Positions 35,414 through 47,787 of a stretch of DNA of 64,000 nt are shown piece by piece. The stretch is from Takakia lepidozioides (taxonomy: Eukaryota > Plantae > Bryophyta): assembly GCA_030704615.1 (NCBI GenBank), contig CM060731.1:61256001-61320000 (forward strand), given 5' to 3'. The position numbers and the translations under genes are program-made. The notes under the pieces are model-generated. The model made no database searches, was not told where the DNA came from, and worked only from the letters and a program-made list of their open reading frames with translations. Each line of letters starts with the position of its first letter. The stretch's first letter is position 1.

Positions 35414-37450
35414 ACCAGTTGGAAAACACTGAGTACTTCGGGCTAATTTGCCACTCAAGCTGGGAACTGAAGGCTTTAGAACTGGGGCTCTCTTCATCTG
35501 GAGTCATGCATGTGCATGTGCATGATCTGGAATCTTGGTTCTTTCATCCACATATATTACGGCATATTTTTGTGGCGCCTGTACGTTTTTAGTTTGGGTA
35601 GAAGCTGCGAAGGTGCTTAGTTTATAGATTAACAATCCCCCTGGGGAAGAGAGGGGTGAGGAACGTCCGGCCATCTCATCTGTCCTCAATTTCTAGTTAG
35701 TTGTCTCTCATGATTTCACTTACTGAATCTGAAGGATACTAGGTACAAATTACTTGATAGAAGCAGTAATTTGATCAGTTGATTAAGACTTTTCGAAACT
35801 GTGAGAAGCCCTCAGGGATGTTTATAACATACCGTGATGCGACTTGAAATGTCAATAAATTATGGATCTCTAGATCGATCTCGTGAACGCATGTCCTTCA
35901 TCAAGTGACCGCCCCTCTGGTTTCATAACCCCCAGGTCTGGCACCTTCTGCGCATGCAGGAATGCTGCTGACCCCACCGTGTGAGCATACACATGAATAG
36001 CCTGAAAAGTTTTTGGTCTTTCCTGGAGGAGAGTTAGACTCATGGCGCACTAATTCAGCTTGCAGCAGATGTGTCTTCCCGTGAAGGGTCCTCTACTGGA
36101 AGTTTTCGGTCATCAGTGCAAAGCAGTAGTGAATGAGGACCGTTGATGCAAAATTAGAGAGGACTTAGGTAGACGCAGTCTAGAGCACAAGTTCTATACT
36201 GCATGTATGCATAACTTTGCACATTCACCGTCCACGGAGACTTCAGAGAACCATCTGTTACAGTACAATCTGGAAGACCCTCACATGTTACTTTTGGCCA
36301 GCAATTAGTTTGGGGCTCAGCTTCTGACAAACTTGCTTCGAGAAGAATAACTCGCTGTACGTGCAGAGCTACATTCGATCAGCTACCTCGCAAACGAACA
36401 TGCATTCATGTACAGAACAATATGCTCAATGGTTCGTCTGAGCCAGCTTGAATGCAGGGTTCACAAGGCCGCCCAATTCATGAACCGAAACTCTTCTCAC
36501 TGTCGAACATAATGGCCAGCTGCTCCCGGTCACCACCCCTTCATTCTCCACTCCACGGACAATCAAATCTACTTTGGGGTAGCCCGAGTGTCTTCTGCAC
36601 ATGACATAGACATGACTGTACTACTAGTCGAACGCAGTTTGTTTTAATCGCCCAACCATTCTGAAGATTTGAACTCGGATAACTTTGTGATTCTAAGCTG
36701 CTTAGTTCAATGAGCTGTTAGTTTGAAATTATGCTATCATAAATTATCTCAAACGAGATGTTGCCCAACAAGATGCTGTCAAGACTGAGCTTGGATTGCT
36801 TGACATCTGCAGCCCTGGAGCTGTCTGTCTTTGTTGGACTGGCAGACTCAATCTCCATGCAAGAGATGTGAACTCTAGAACTCTAGATCTACTGGAATTA
36901 TGTGGCTCCAGAAGTTGCAGTGCTCAGTCAATGGTGAACTCAAAACGCCTGTAAGCGATCCAGTTGTGCATTGCTTTAGAGGGCAATGAGGGTGTTTAAT
37001 TACACTTCCAAAGATTGTACGGATGAACTTAGAGAGTTGGAGACACGCTTGTGTCTAGGGACCTTGGGTAGTAACAAGATGGTGAGGTTAGCAGACTGTG
37101 TGGGCAAAGCTTATGAAGTTGACAGATATTGAGCACTCACAAAACCCCCAAACGAAGGATGCATGAACGGATGAGTTTGTTTGTGCAAGACCCGCCATCG
37201 TGCAGACAGAGGCAGGACCCACACTTCACGTGAGCAGGATATGAAGTCTTCAATCCACTATATTCAATCTTCGCTCTCGCGAACATGATACTTTATATAA
37301 CGTGCTCAAGACCAAATGGAGTTAACAAGAGAAAGCATCAAACAAGGAGGAGAGAGGGTCCATCCGATCCCACTTGAGCAGCCCAAAAACAAATATTGCT
37401 CACTTGAGGAGTTGTAGGAAGATCTCCGTGAGAGTCTGGTTATGTGTCGA

Positions 37451-37881
37451 AACACACTACAGTTCCCAAGGATCTCATAGTAGAAAGGATAGGAAAGAAG
37501 ACAAGTTCTTCACTTTCTATTTCCCTGCTGTTGTCCCCGGCGCAAGCTAGGCATAGGCGGTCCTCAAGCTGCAGTGCCAGTCTCTATCCGCAGACTGTGG
37601 GAGCCAACACTAAACGTCCCCAAAGAAAGGAAGGAGAACTGCATCTCACTACAGGTTTTTCGTGCACGGGATTCACACAAGCGAGCTCTGAGGCAACTGG
37701 CAGCAGCTCTGGACTGAAGACACGAATAGTGTACAGAGCATCTCCCGCACGATGGTGAGCACCGGCAAGTTTGGCGGTGAAAGTGAAGGGACAACAGCAG
37801 GGAAATAGAAAGTGAAGAACAAGTCTTCTTTCCCATCCTTTCTAAGTACTATGAGATCCTTGGGAAATACTATAGTATGTT
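37451..37881. repeat. LINE-derived inverted repeat (~90-bp arms, 250-bp spacer)
   Basis: 37451-37537 is the near-perfect reverse complement of 37788-37881; both arms derive from the RTEX family A zinc region. Confidence 0.85.
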
Positions 37882-39019
37882 CCTGTTCCCATACATAACC
37901 AGACTCTCATGGAGATCCCCTTGAGCAATTTAGTTGTTTCCCGGCTGCTCAAGTGGGGCTTTCTCTTGTTTGGTCTAAGCATGATAGCCAAAATGGAAGT
38001 CACTTGCAGTATGAAATTGGAGGGTTTTGGACTTACCATGCATGACGGGTTGTGATGTTTCGTAGTATATGAATATAGAATCAAAATTTACACTGTGTAA
38101 GCAATCCAGGACATGTTTTCATTTAAAATTTGGAGAAGATTAGGCCCGTCCATCTTAGCCATTTGCACGATGTCAAGCACAGGAAGGTTGAGAGTATTAC
38201 GCCCCAAACAACAGCTTTGGAGGAAACATTATAGGTGCATACCTTATCTCGTATGGTACATCGTCGTCCTTCCGCCACCTTTCTTGCAGTTCACGCTTCC
38301 CTTCCAGCACATCTCTAAGTTCAGCAAGCAGCACTTGCTACATTGCTTTTGGTACACTGATGTTGTATTCCAGAAAACACGTCGGGGAGGGAGGTAGATG
38401 TCTGCTACTACTTAGCTCGCTTGTCTGTGGAAGGGTCCCAAGCTGACCAACAAACACGACCATTTCATCCTTGCCCCATTTTTGAATGGGAACCTATGCC
38501 TGATTACTGTAATGACTCTCCAAACCACGACGATCTGCTTATTTACACAATTCCTTACAAGATTCATTCATGGGGTTTCAAGATGATGTCATATGGGAAA
38601 ATTTCCTTCTATAAAATCTTTCTCCATAAACTTTACTCCTATTTACTCAAGGTTGCAAGTCGTGGGCTGTCCTTTGTGTAGCAGCTGCAAGATGATCTGA
38701 ACAGAAGCAAATTCAACTCCTGGCCAACTTTGATCTCCTGGGCAAAAGGAGATCTCATCTGTTCTTGCGTCTCCGACTCAAGGGTTGATTGGCATCATCA
38801 ACTCCCGCGAGATTGGATATTCCTGTTGTGTTAAGGCTCTTCCCTGTTGAGCGAGATGATGTTGACACTAATTGGAAACATCGAAAACACTGTAACAGCA
38901 AATCCAAAACCCACTCAAACTCTCAAGCCAATAAGGCATAAAAGAAACACTTATCAGTGATCCCCATGACCTCCATGCCCTTTTCCACCAGGAATGCCAG
39001 ACAGGTCCACGCATTTCAC

Positions 39020-39400
39020 ACGTGACCCTACTGGGTGTCACTCCTTCCCGTATCATTTGCTCATGGAATTTTAAAGCCTCCCTACAACACCCAAGCTGAT
39101 CGTATCCCGCTTCTGTGAGAACAGTCATACATTTGGCATACATGTCAACAAAGATTTTCTCCAGGGTGACATTTGTCGTAGTTTCGGCTATCCTGAAGCA
39201 TGAACCTTACACCCTTTTCCAGAGATCATAGCTTTAAAACACTTTGACAACACAAATGATTGTTTGTTACCCGTTCTTGTATCATTGGCTCATTGATCTT
39301 AATAGTTTCTATACCACACCCCTGCTGACCGTATACTGTAATCATGGTGTTCCAGGCCACCACATTCTATTGGCATATTCTTGAGGTTGCCATGTGGCAG
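39020..39400 (-). pseudogene. Degenerate PLS-PPR fragment
   Basis: VDMYAKC...GCCREALKFHEQMIREGVTPSRVT resembles the PPR genes at 53-63 kb; many indels. Confidence 0.65.
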
Positions 39401-39589
39401 TCACCACATGAGTCACCTGAGGGTTCTTCATAACAGAGGCGGACATACTAATGAGCCTGACAACAACAGCCAACTTCTCACACTGGTGATGAAGAAAACC
39501 AGCAGGTATCTTCTGGCACGGAGCTGTCACTATATTAAAGACGGTTTGGGCTGTGTCTGCTTCAGTGCAATCTTGGACTGTTAACATAT

Positions 39590-41688
39590 CTACAACACAC
39601 GCCCCGTCCTTGTCTTCACCTTAGATGGGGAGTTCGTTGAGGTTTCCTCGGCAAGAGACGCCCGTACAATGAAAAGTATAATCTCCACAAACATGCCAGC
39701 AATGAGACCAATTACTCCCCCAGCTGCATGCTGCATTTCCATCATCCATTAATAAATTAGTAGTTCACAAAACAATGACCAACAAAGCTGCAACAGACAG
39801 ATCTAAGAGGAAAACCTAGAAGACCCAAAAGCATACATGTCTGAAAACCAGCCTCCTCTTTTGGGTTGAGAATTAATAGGACTCTCAGAAAGATCACAGC
39901 CATAAATTAACGTCTTTTCCCATTTGAAAGTAGAGGGAAAATGAGAGACATACCAGAGCAGGATTGTCCTTAAATTGTGATCGAAAAATGGTATATCCAA
40001 AAATATAGCCCGTAAACATAATCAACATTACATGTAACCCTGCAAAGATGATTAACAACCAACCTCTTAATCAGTCGACCGGAAAGCCTCTCGAAGGTGA
40101 AGGGCTGCATATGTAATAATGCAAAGGACAGAATCACAAGGAAAGCACAGTGATTTGGACGTTTTTATGTTGAAGAGGTGGTCAAGGGTTGTGTCCAGTG
40201 CACCATGTTGCCCCACCTTCACTGTAGTAGGTGATGTTGAGAAGACAATCCGTATCTGACAACAGCCTGTCTCTCTGCCTCTCTGTCTCTCTGTCTCTGT
40301 CTTTTGTCTATTAAGGATGATGAACGTTTTCTAATGTACTGCAATTGACTCTACTTCTAAATGGGAGGCTCTCTTCAACAGCATTAGCATATTGTCACTG
40401 CACACCTCTTTTCAAAACTGCCAGGCTTCTTGGCTCTTGACTTCTTGGATCAATACATCTGCTAGGGTCACAACCTTTCTGACACACTGCCTCTATACTA
40501 TCCCTTCCATTATCACTTGCTAACTCACTATGAGCAGTATGAATTTTTGGTTGACTTTCATAAACCCTTGTGAGTTTTGTACACAGGCCGGCACCTCGGG
40601 GGTTAGTTCTCCACAGGAATAACGTCCTCAAGATACATCATAGAATTAGTCCGTCCAAATGGTCCATGAGTACATCTCTCTCTCACACATGCTTGACATC
40701 TGTGTGTTCCATCATTTATATGCATAGACCCCATGCCTGGAGTTGACAAGAGAGCAAGAAAAAGAGGCCCAGGGAAATTTTCTAGCAATATCACCGATAC
40801 CCAGGTCTGTGACCATTGACTCAGCTGATAATAGCCCCAAAATCCATTGGGACAATCTCAGTGAATGCTCATTCAGAGCTCAAACTATGCCCACTTCAAC
40901 TAAAACTGGCAGCCAACAGCATGCGACACTCAGGTGGCGGGTGGAGGCATCGAATGTGGGCTCACCGAAGCCAAATTGATCCCTGTATGAAGAGAAGTAG
41001 ACTTGATCTGTATCACGGCTGTGTCGTGTGACATCCCTCACGAGTTCATTGTAGACCTTTTGGTCAGCTAAGTCTTGCAGCTTAGAGAGGCGCGCTTTCA
41101 GCTCCTCGCTCTGCCATTTCACCGAACAACATATTGGTCAAGAGTTCCCGCAATCAATTCGTGTTTCCTTCTGTTGTACACTACGCTTCGCAGAATCCTA
41201 AACCAACTCACCGACAGGGCGCGCAGTATTTTCATAGCACTGGCTTCCGTTAACATCTTTCTCATATGCTCACAAATGCCTATATAGATGTCCCAGACGT
41301 ATGTCTTGTCTACCACCCAAACCTTTGCCACTCCTCTTCAACAGTGCATGTCAAAGATTCACCGACATGCCATAACTCCTTGTTTGATAAGGTAAAGAGG
41401 AATAACCTTTTCTCGCGCCTTGGGACTCTCAAGAATGACTGAGCTGCCTGCCAGAACTCGGTGGAAGGGTACGCCATAGACAGGAGTGAGCTCGATCCAC
41501 AAGTCCCGAACTACCGGATAGGGGACCACACTCGCACCCAAGTACACGACTGCTGCATCGTGAAGAGTTGGAGCTAGAGTCCGTGAGGCTGATGCAGCAG
41601 AAAGCAGCGACTGGATGTTGGGGGAGCATTGTAGTAGAAGCTTTGAGGGTGTCCCGACATCTACCATCGCTTCGGATCCAGATTTCAT
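39590..41688 (-). CDS. VMA12: V-ATPase assembly factor VMA12/TMEM199-like, 4 coding exons
   Basis: Exons 41688-41407, 41110-40966, 40039-39954 and 39730-39590 in phase: SPKAREK|SEELKARLSKLQ...FSSYRDQFGF|GLHVMLIMFTGYIFGY...|HAAGGVIGLIAGMFVEIILFIVR; two TM helices as in plant VMA12 homologues. Confidence 0.88.
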
Positions 41689-41999
41689 CCTCACCGAAGA
41701 GAGGAGGGTACTAAGACGACATCTTTGTGCCTACATGATCCCGCAATTTTCAGGGTTTGACCATGACCCAGATATTCCTTTCAGCAACTAACATCAACGT
41801 ACAAAACCGCCTAGAAATTCCCTTTGTTAAAATTGTTACCTTCTCAGATGGGAAGTTTCATCCTGGAGGCACCTAGGGTCTTGCAAGTCAAATCTATGAG
41901 GTAGATGGCGGGGAAGAGCAGGTTGGAGCTCAAGGAATAGTGGGAACGGAAGCCGTGCAGTGCGAGTGTTTCTGAAATGGAAGTGCCAAGCTGGTAAGG

Positions 42000-44340
42000 C
42001 ATCTCTTCCTTATCAAAGAAGGATAAAGAGACAGAAAGATGGAATACCAGTCGTCCTGTTACGTGTACTCAATTGGGAAAGGTGAGAGAGAGGAAGGTTG
42101 ACTTCATGGGTCATGGCACAGGGAGAATTCATATTCCTTTTTACGCGATGTGTAACTTCCGTTGTCCTTGGAAGTGATATAGAGATTTCTGTACCCGCAT
42201 CGCTAGTACCAGATTGCAAAACCAATTTGCCTCCGAGGATGAGGTGGCTGAAGTGGCTGGCAGGCGAAGGGCAAGGGCTTGGAGCACTATCATCGCTAAT
42301 ATTCCACAATACATGCTGCCCATCCTTGATGACACAAACGCAGCCGACACTACCCCTATTTGGATGGTATCTCCTCATCCCAGCAACATGGTACTCCTGG
42401 TTCTCTCCTTTGGTGACAGGATGGCATCGGGTCTGGTGTTCAAAGCTGATATTCAGGGCCATCTCCACCTCCAGGGAGAAATTGAGATAGATAAATCTCT
42501 GCTGTTCCACATCAGGGTGCTGGACTCCAAGGGTAATGCTAACCCGAACCCCCCCTTTGGACAGGCCTTGGAGTACACAGTTCCTTCACTTGGTTCCTCA
42601 ACTGCCCCTTGGCGGATCTTCAATTCGCCCCTGCAGAATGGAGATGGATGGACGCCAAACACTCCCCATTCTTTGGATATTCAGTAAATCTGGGGTACAG
42701 ATTACTCAATCTCCTTCCTAAATGGCGCATGAAGTGAAGCAACTATCAGCTCACTCGAGCTAACCGGGACAAAATCTGGAAACATATATGGAGGAAAGAT
42801 CGGGGTGCAAAGGTTGCTGGATTCTTGTGGAAACTTGCTCACAGGATACTGCCTATCCGCCAAAAAACTCATGAAGATCAGCCTCTTTGCCCTATCTGCA
42901 ATGCCCATTGAAATGATTTTGGATCGCTTTGAGACTTGGCGAGTATGTTCAATGTACCATCTAAGAGGTCCCAGAGTAATATGAGATCAATTGAAATTTG
43001 TACGAAGGGGTAACGGATGGTTGCCCATCCAAATGGTTTTCATTCCCTTCGAGACTTGGCCAGTATATTCAATGTACCATCTGACAGGTCCCAGAGTAAT
43101 GTGAGATCAATCGAAATTATTTTGTGCTTCGAGAACTTTGTGGGTATGTTCATCATACGTAGATAGATTATAAAATTTGTGAAATGATTATGAAATACGA
43201 AGGGACCAGGCGAAATTTGTTTGGAAGACGACCATTCGTAACTCGTTATAACTTATTGGTTAACATCAATTTTCCTTGTTCTCCAGCTTTCGGAGTTAAT
43301 TGCAGATACCCACATACACGTCATGACCAAATATGACACCATTGTAAATTTGCTTACAGGGTGAACCACTTCTTCCTTTGCAATGTCTCAAGAAGGATCT
43401 GGAGAATAGTTCTCTCTTTCTACGCTCATTGGTGTTCTTTCCCCTCCCCTCCATCTCCTCTTCTCTTGCTCCTCAATTTCTTGCCTGCAAGCTCTCAGAT
43501 CAGCTGCCATGTATGGAGCTCCCTGAGAGCCCTTGCCTTGTGGAATTTGTGGAAAATGCGGTGTGCATGGGTGTATGAGGGGAAACCCTCCAGGGGCAGA
43601 TCTATTTTGTTTGTCACTTATCATGATCTGCTCACAGAGGGAAAGAAAGCGTGGGATCATGTTTGTGTAGCTATTCCCAGAACTTCAGAGCAACGGGGGA
43701 GGAAGCTCCATCAAGACTTTCAACAGTCCTGGGGCAAAGGTGACGTGCTCGGCTCTTCCAATATGCGCTTTACCTGGCAAAACACCATCCCCCCTCAATG
43801 GGAAGTCCTCTGGTGAAGGGGAAGAGGATTTCAATTGGCGCCACAAAAAAACAAGAGATTAGAAATCCAGAGCTCAGCTTAAATTCTAATACCTCAGGTC
43901 CTCTGGAAGATCTCGCTAAATCCTTAGACTGCGACAAATCTCTTCGTATTTTGGGTTTCACCAGCTCTCATCCGCCAACATCCCCACTCAACTTCGAACT
44001 CTTCGCTTTGGTCGCTTCTCATTTATGTCTTCTTCTTTATGTCCCAAGGCTGTACTTCGATTCTAGAGCTCTACAAAACACTAACATTGGGTCTAACCCT
44101 CCTCCTCATCTTACTCTCTTCGCGCTGCCTCTGTTATCCTAGGGCTAAAGCTAGTAATTCTCACTCTCTTGATCATGCATGGGATTCCAGCTTAGCATCC
44201 TCCTTCATAGTTCCTCTCTCTCGTCAATTCCATCCTTTCGTTTCAGTAGCTAGTATGTTGGGGTGTCGGGGATGTTCCCCCTCAGTAAGCCTCCATGGCT
44301 CCGGTAGTGGTTATTTTCCCACTAAATGTTGACAATCTTT
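42000..44340 (+). mobile_element. L1-type LINE 3' fragment (zf-RVT region) interrupted by an insertion
   Basis: YSVNLGY...IWKHIW...KVAGFLWKLAHRILP...LCPICNA (42680-42906) resumes as VNHFFLCNVSRRIW...LWNLWKMRC (43361-43816); insertion ~42907-43355 contains a 120-bp tandem duplication. Confidence 0.75.
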
Positions 44341-44345
44341 ATTAA

Positions 44346-46400
44346 CCTCTAATGGACGAGTCGACCTGATTCGCGTCGATTGGATATTTCGACCGTCGGT
44401 GGGCCCCTTGGATGAATCTGGATGAAAATGGGCCCTGAACAAAAGTTCTAGCCCTTGAAATTCTGCACCGGACAAAATTTATTGCACCCTAATTGGACAA
44501 ATCCTGCGCTGTCAGGATTTTTTGAAATGATGATGAGCACCCAAAATCCAATGGTTTCTAGTCCTCCACGGGCTTTGACCTAGCCACGTGGTAGGCAAAA
44601 TGGGCGTCGGTGGCCTGATGTCGGCGATCGGGTGCATGCAGGGTTAGCATGTCCACCCGTGCGGACATAGGGATGCCACCCTATGGCCAGTGATGGATGG
44701 CGGCAGCATGGAATGGGCTCTCTCTTCGCGCACACAGAGTCTGGGTTCCTGGAGTTTGCAAATCGTGACCCCTCTCGCATTTCCTTGGCACTTTTGTGTG
44801 CATGTTTTGCTTGATTTTCCGTTGATCGCCCGCATTCACTTCGCAGGGGGGTGTATTTCTGGGCTTCATTTTTGGGTCATGACGACTTACCTCTCTCATG
44901 CTTGAAGCGGCATGAGCTGTTCCGTTTCCTGCTTTGTGTTCTAGACATTAGAGCTCGGGGTGTGATTGCATACGCAGCTGTTAGGACTGAGTGTTTGGCG
45001 TTTAGATTTTTGTGCCCTGCCGAATTTTCATTGTAATGCAAATTGTCATTTTTTCTTGCATGTCGTTTTGTGAAATGCTTTTATGTATTTGGGCTCTGTG
45101 TTTTGTGTGGTAGGGGATGATTGCAGGGGAGCGTGGTGTGTTGGGGTTTCATTTTGCAGCTGGTTTTGGAGAGTTTGCGAAATTCGCCGAGGTACATCCT
45201 TCATTTCTGTGCTTGGAGAAGATGGGTCGTCTGCATTGATTCATTATGAGGGCTTGCATTCATTTCCTGTGATCTCTGTGCGGTCCCAGGGATTCGTATG
45301 GCACTAAAGAAGAAGGACGCTCATGTGCCTGAGCCACCGTCGCCCCCACCCGAGCTTGAAGCTGTCGCGGAGGCTATAAAGGAGTGGACGCTTGAGGAGC
45401 AGCACTGCACTCCCGAGCAGTGCAAGGTAATATTGGGGTGTCTGTCTTCTGTCTTCCTTTGTAGTTTGCCTCCACCGCCATTCGCCAATCGTTGGCCTCG
45501 CCACCCTCGTCCTCATAATTTCCGCTTTCTATTTAGACGTCAGGTGGCTCTAATTCTTGGTTGGAGAGAGAGAAGAGAGGAAGGTGAAGAGTGCCAAAGA
45601 CATTCGGGTACGTAGCATCTGGAAATTTTGTCTGCAAGAACCTCATGAAACAATCAATCAAAAAATGATTCAAGTTCAATGAAGACAGCAACATCAGTCA
45701 GGATACCAAAACATTTATCCGCTCCTTGGACCGTTTTCAGGATGTATTGTTCGCAGAGGGTAATGAAAACATGGAACAAAGAACGGAAACACCAGCAAGA
45801 CGAAGACGTAAGTCTACGGCAGGATCATCAGTAACGGAACAGGATCAGGAAGGTGCTGGATCATCCTCAAAGAAGCAGAAACCAAAGAAATCCATTGATC
45901 CAACCCTTGCTCCCGACGTAAGAGACCCAAGACAGCCGACATTTACGACAAGGATAAATCAATAGAACTGGCAAAAAATTTAATAGAATACTACGGAGAC
46001 ATGTTTTCATTCGGTTTTAGTAGAACTTTCAAAATACCGATATCGCGAATGAATCTTGCTCCTAAACATATGGTTTACCGACCTTTGAACCTAAAGCATA
46101 AGAAAATCCGACTCCTGCAGCTCCGACATCTGGATGCCCAACATTCGGTATACCTAGAAGGAGGACGATGTATGTGAGAAGATACCAACGAGATCAGCGG
46201 AGAACGACGATTCTTTGACGAAATTTTTCATTATCGGAGGGCAACACACGATCGTGGCTGCCAAGGTAATTGCTAACCAGATCTATGTCTCTTGACTCTA
46301 GAATTCAACAAGATTTGAAATTGGTCTAGAACCTCGACATTCATGTCGACGTTATAAACCCTATTTTAACTAATTCTGGACTTTTGTTTGGTCCAGAAAT
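44346..46400 (+). mobile_element. Left part of a TTAA-flanked element carrying a ParB-like gene
   Basis: TTAA|CCTCTAATGGACGAGTCGACCTGATTC...TGGATGAATCTGGATGAAAATG resembles the reverse complement of the 20236 end (TTAA|CCCTTAAACGATCACGCGACCCGAATC...TGGATGAAGTTGGATGAACATG); right end not found. Confidence 0.45.
45298..46265 (+). pseudogene. Spliced gene fragment with ParB/Sulfiredoxin-like motifs
   Basis: Exons 45298-45426, 45544-~45608, 45741-46265; basic NLS-like linker; TFKIPISRMNLAPKHMVYRPLN followed by FFIIGGQHTIVAAK|gt (ParB/Srx IIDGxHR-type motif); frameshifts. Confidence 0.55.
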
Positions 46401-46759
46401 AATATGAGAAATATGAATAAACAACATTTATTATTGAGATAAAGCGATATATATGATTATTTTCGTTGTTTTATGCACAATATAACCATGAACAATAATC
46501 CTCCAAACATTTTTTGGAGATAATATAAGTATGTATTGTGGTTTTAGAAGAACATCCACTGCCAAGTTGACGTTTACGAAAAAAATGGGAGGATGCAATA
46601 AATTATACCATGATGTGAGGTCAGATATGTAAAACTTTTTGCACAAAATGGTTGCCATATCATATGACATACAAAACCAAACATAGAACAATCATGGCAT
46701 GTGATGAAGAGGATGACATGAAAGAATGTGTCCGCATACATTGATGATAAACATTCATA

Positions 46760-47605
46760 TTTTATTAGAGATTGCAACTTTGGCGTTGCAGTGATATTTC
46801 CCATTATCCCACTCAGCTGTGGTTTCCAAAAAATATTGCAGCATTTCCTGATATAAGTCTCCATATTTGTACTTCCTGCATGCGGAACTGCATAAAATAC
46901 ATACCCTGCAGATTTCTGAGAAAGATCTTTGCAGAGTGACAGGCTTTTCTGTCCAAAGAATTTTTTGCGTGGTGAGTGTTTCTTCTGTGAGCCTCCACAA
47001 TCAAACTCTTGATCACAAGACCACCAAAGTTATGGCCAACCAGAACCATCGGCTTTCGTTTGCCATCATTCCATGCTCCGTTGCAAAATTGCAAACTGTG
47101 AGATTGTGCTGAACACCACTGCATAACATGGGACACTCCACAGCAGGCCTTCTTATGACAGAGGGTCCCCATAGATTTCCATCTCTGGAGTTGATTGCAA
47201 AACACAAATAAATCCATGTGCATTTTAGGGAACAAGAGATGCTCCACATCAAGCTAAAATCTTTATTTCGAGCCCCCAGATATAAGCTATCCTTGTTATT
47301 CACAAACACAAAGCCTGATATCTGTACTCTGATTAGAAGCTGGGGGCCAACCAGCTGGTGATCAACGATGACTGATGCCTTCTACATGTACACCCCACAG
47401 CTTCAATGAGAGGAGCTGGCTATTGAGAGTAGGAGGCAGACTACCTGTTCACAAAACTCTCTAGAAGGTTCTTGCCAATGTCGCTCACGTCTTCGTTGTT
47501 GCCTCCCTCCGGCCCCATGTGCACTGCGGCATCATATGAGAGAGAAAACACTCGCACTTTTCTATCCAGATCTTGGGGAAGCCACTTTGCAGGCCAGCAA
47601 ACAGT
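46760..47605 (-). pseudogene. Inverted middle segment of an alpha/beta-hydrolase (SERAC1/PGAP1-like) domain
   Basis: CWPAKWLPQDL...RVFSLSYDA, PMVLVGHNFGGLVIK (nucleophile elbow, S replaced by N), FYAVPHAGS after a frameshift. Confidence 0.8.
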
Positions 47606-47787
47606 GTGGCAAGGTAAAATTACCAAACTTGTTTGATAATGCAGGAAGGAAGGACAGTGCCTGAATGATTGACAAGGTAGCGAAACTGAGTGGCTTGACA
47701 CTGATTGGCGTGGAGAGTAGGTATATGTATATGTAGGTAGATGTATATATACACATATCAGATCCTCTTTTGGAGAGAGCAGACAGC

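Noticed and set aside
36760-37150. Possible kinase remnant (YVAPEV at 36899-36916)
   Set aside because: Only one motif is recognisable, with no open frame or other kinase subdomains.
38240-38870. Exon-like minus-strand segments (LLAELRDVLEGKRELQERWRK...)
   Set aside because: Cannot be linked into a gene or assigned a family; the neighbouring segment has stops.
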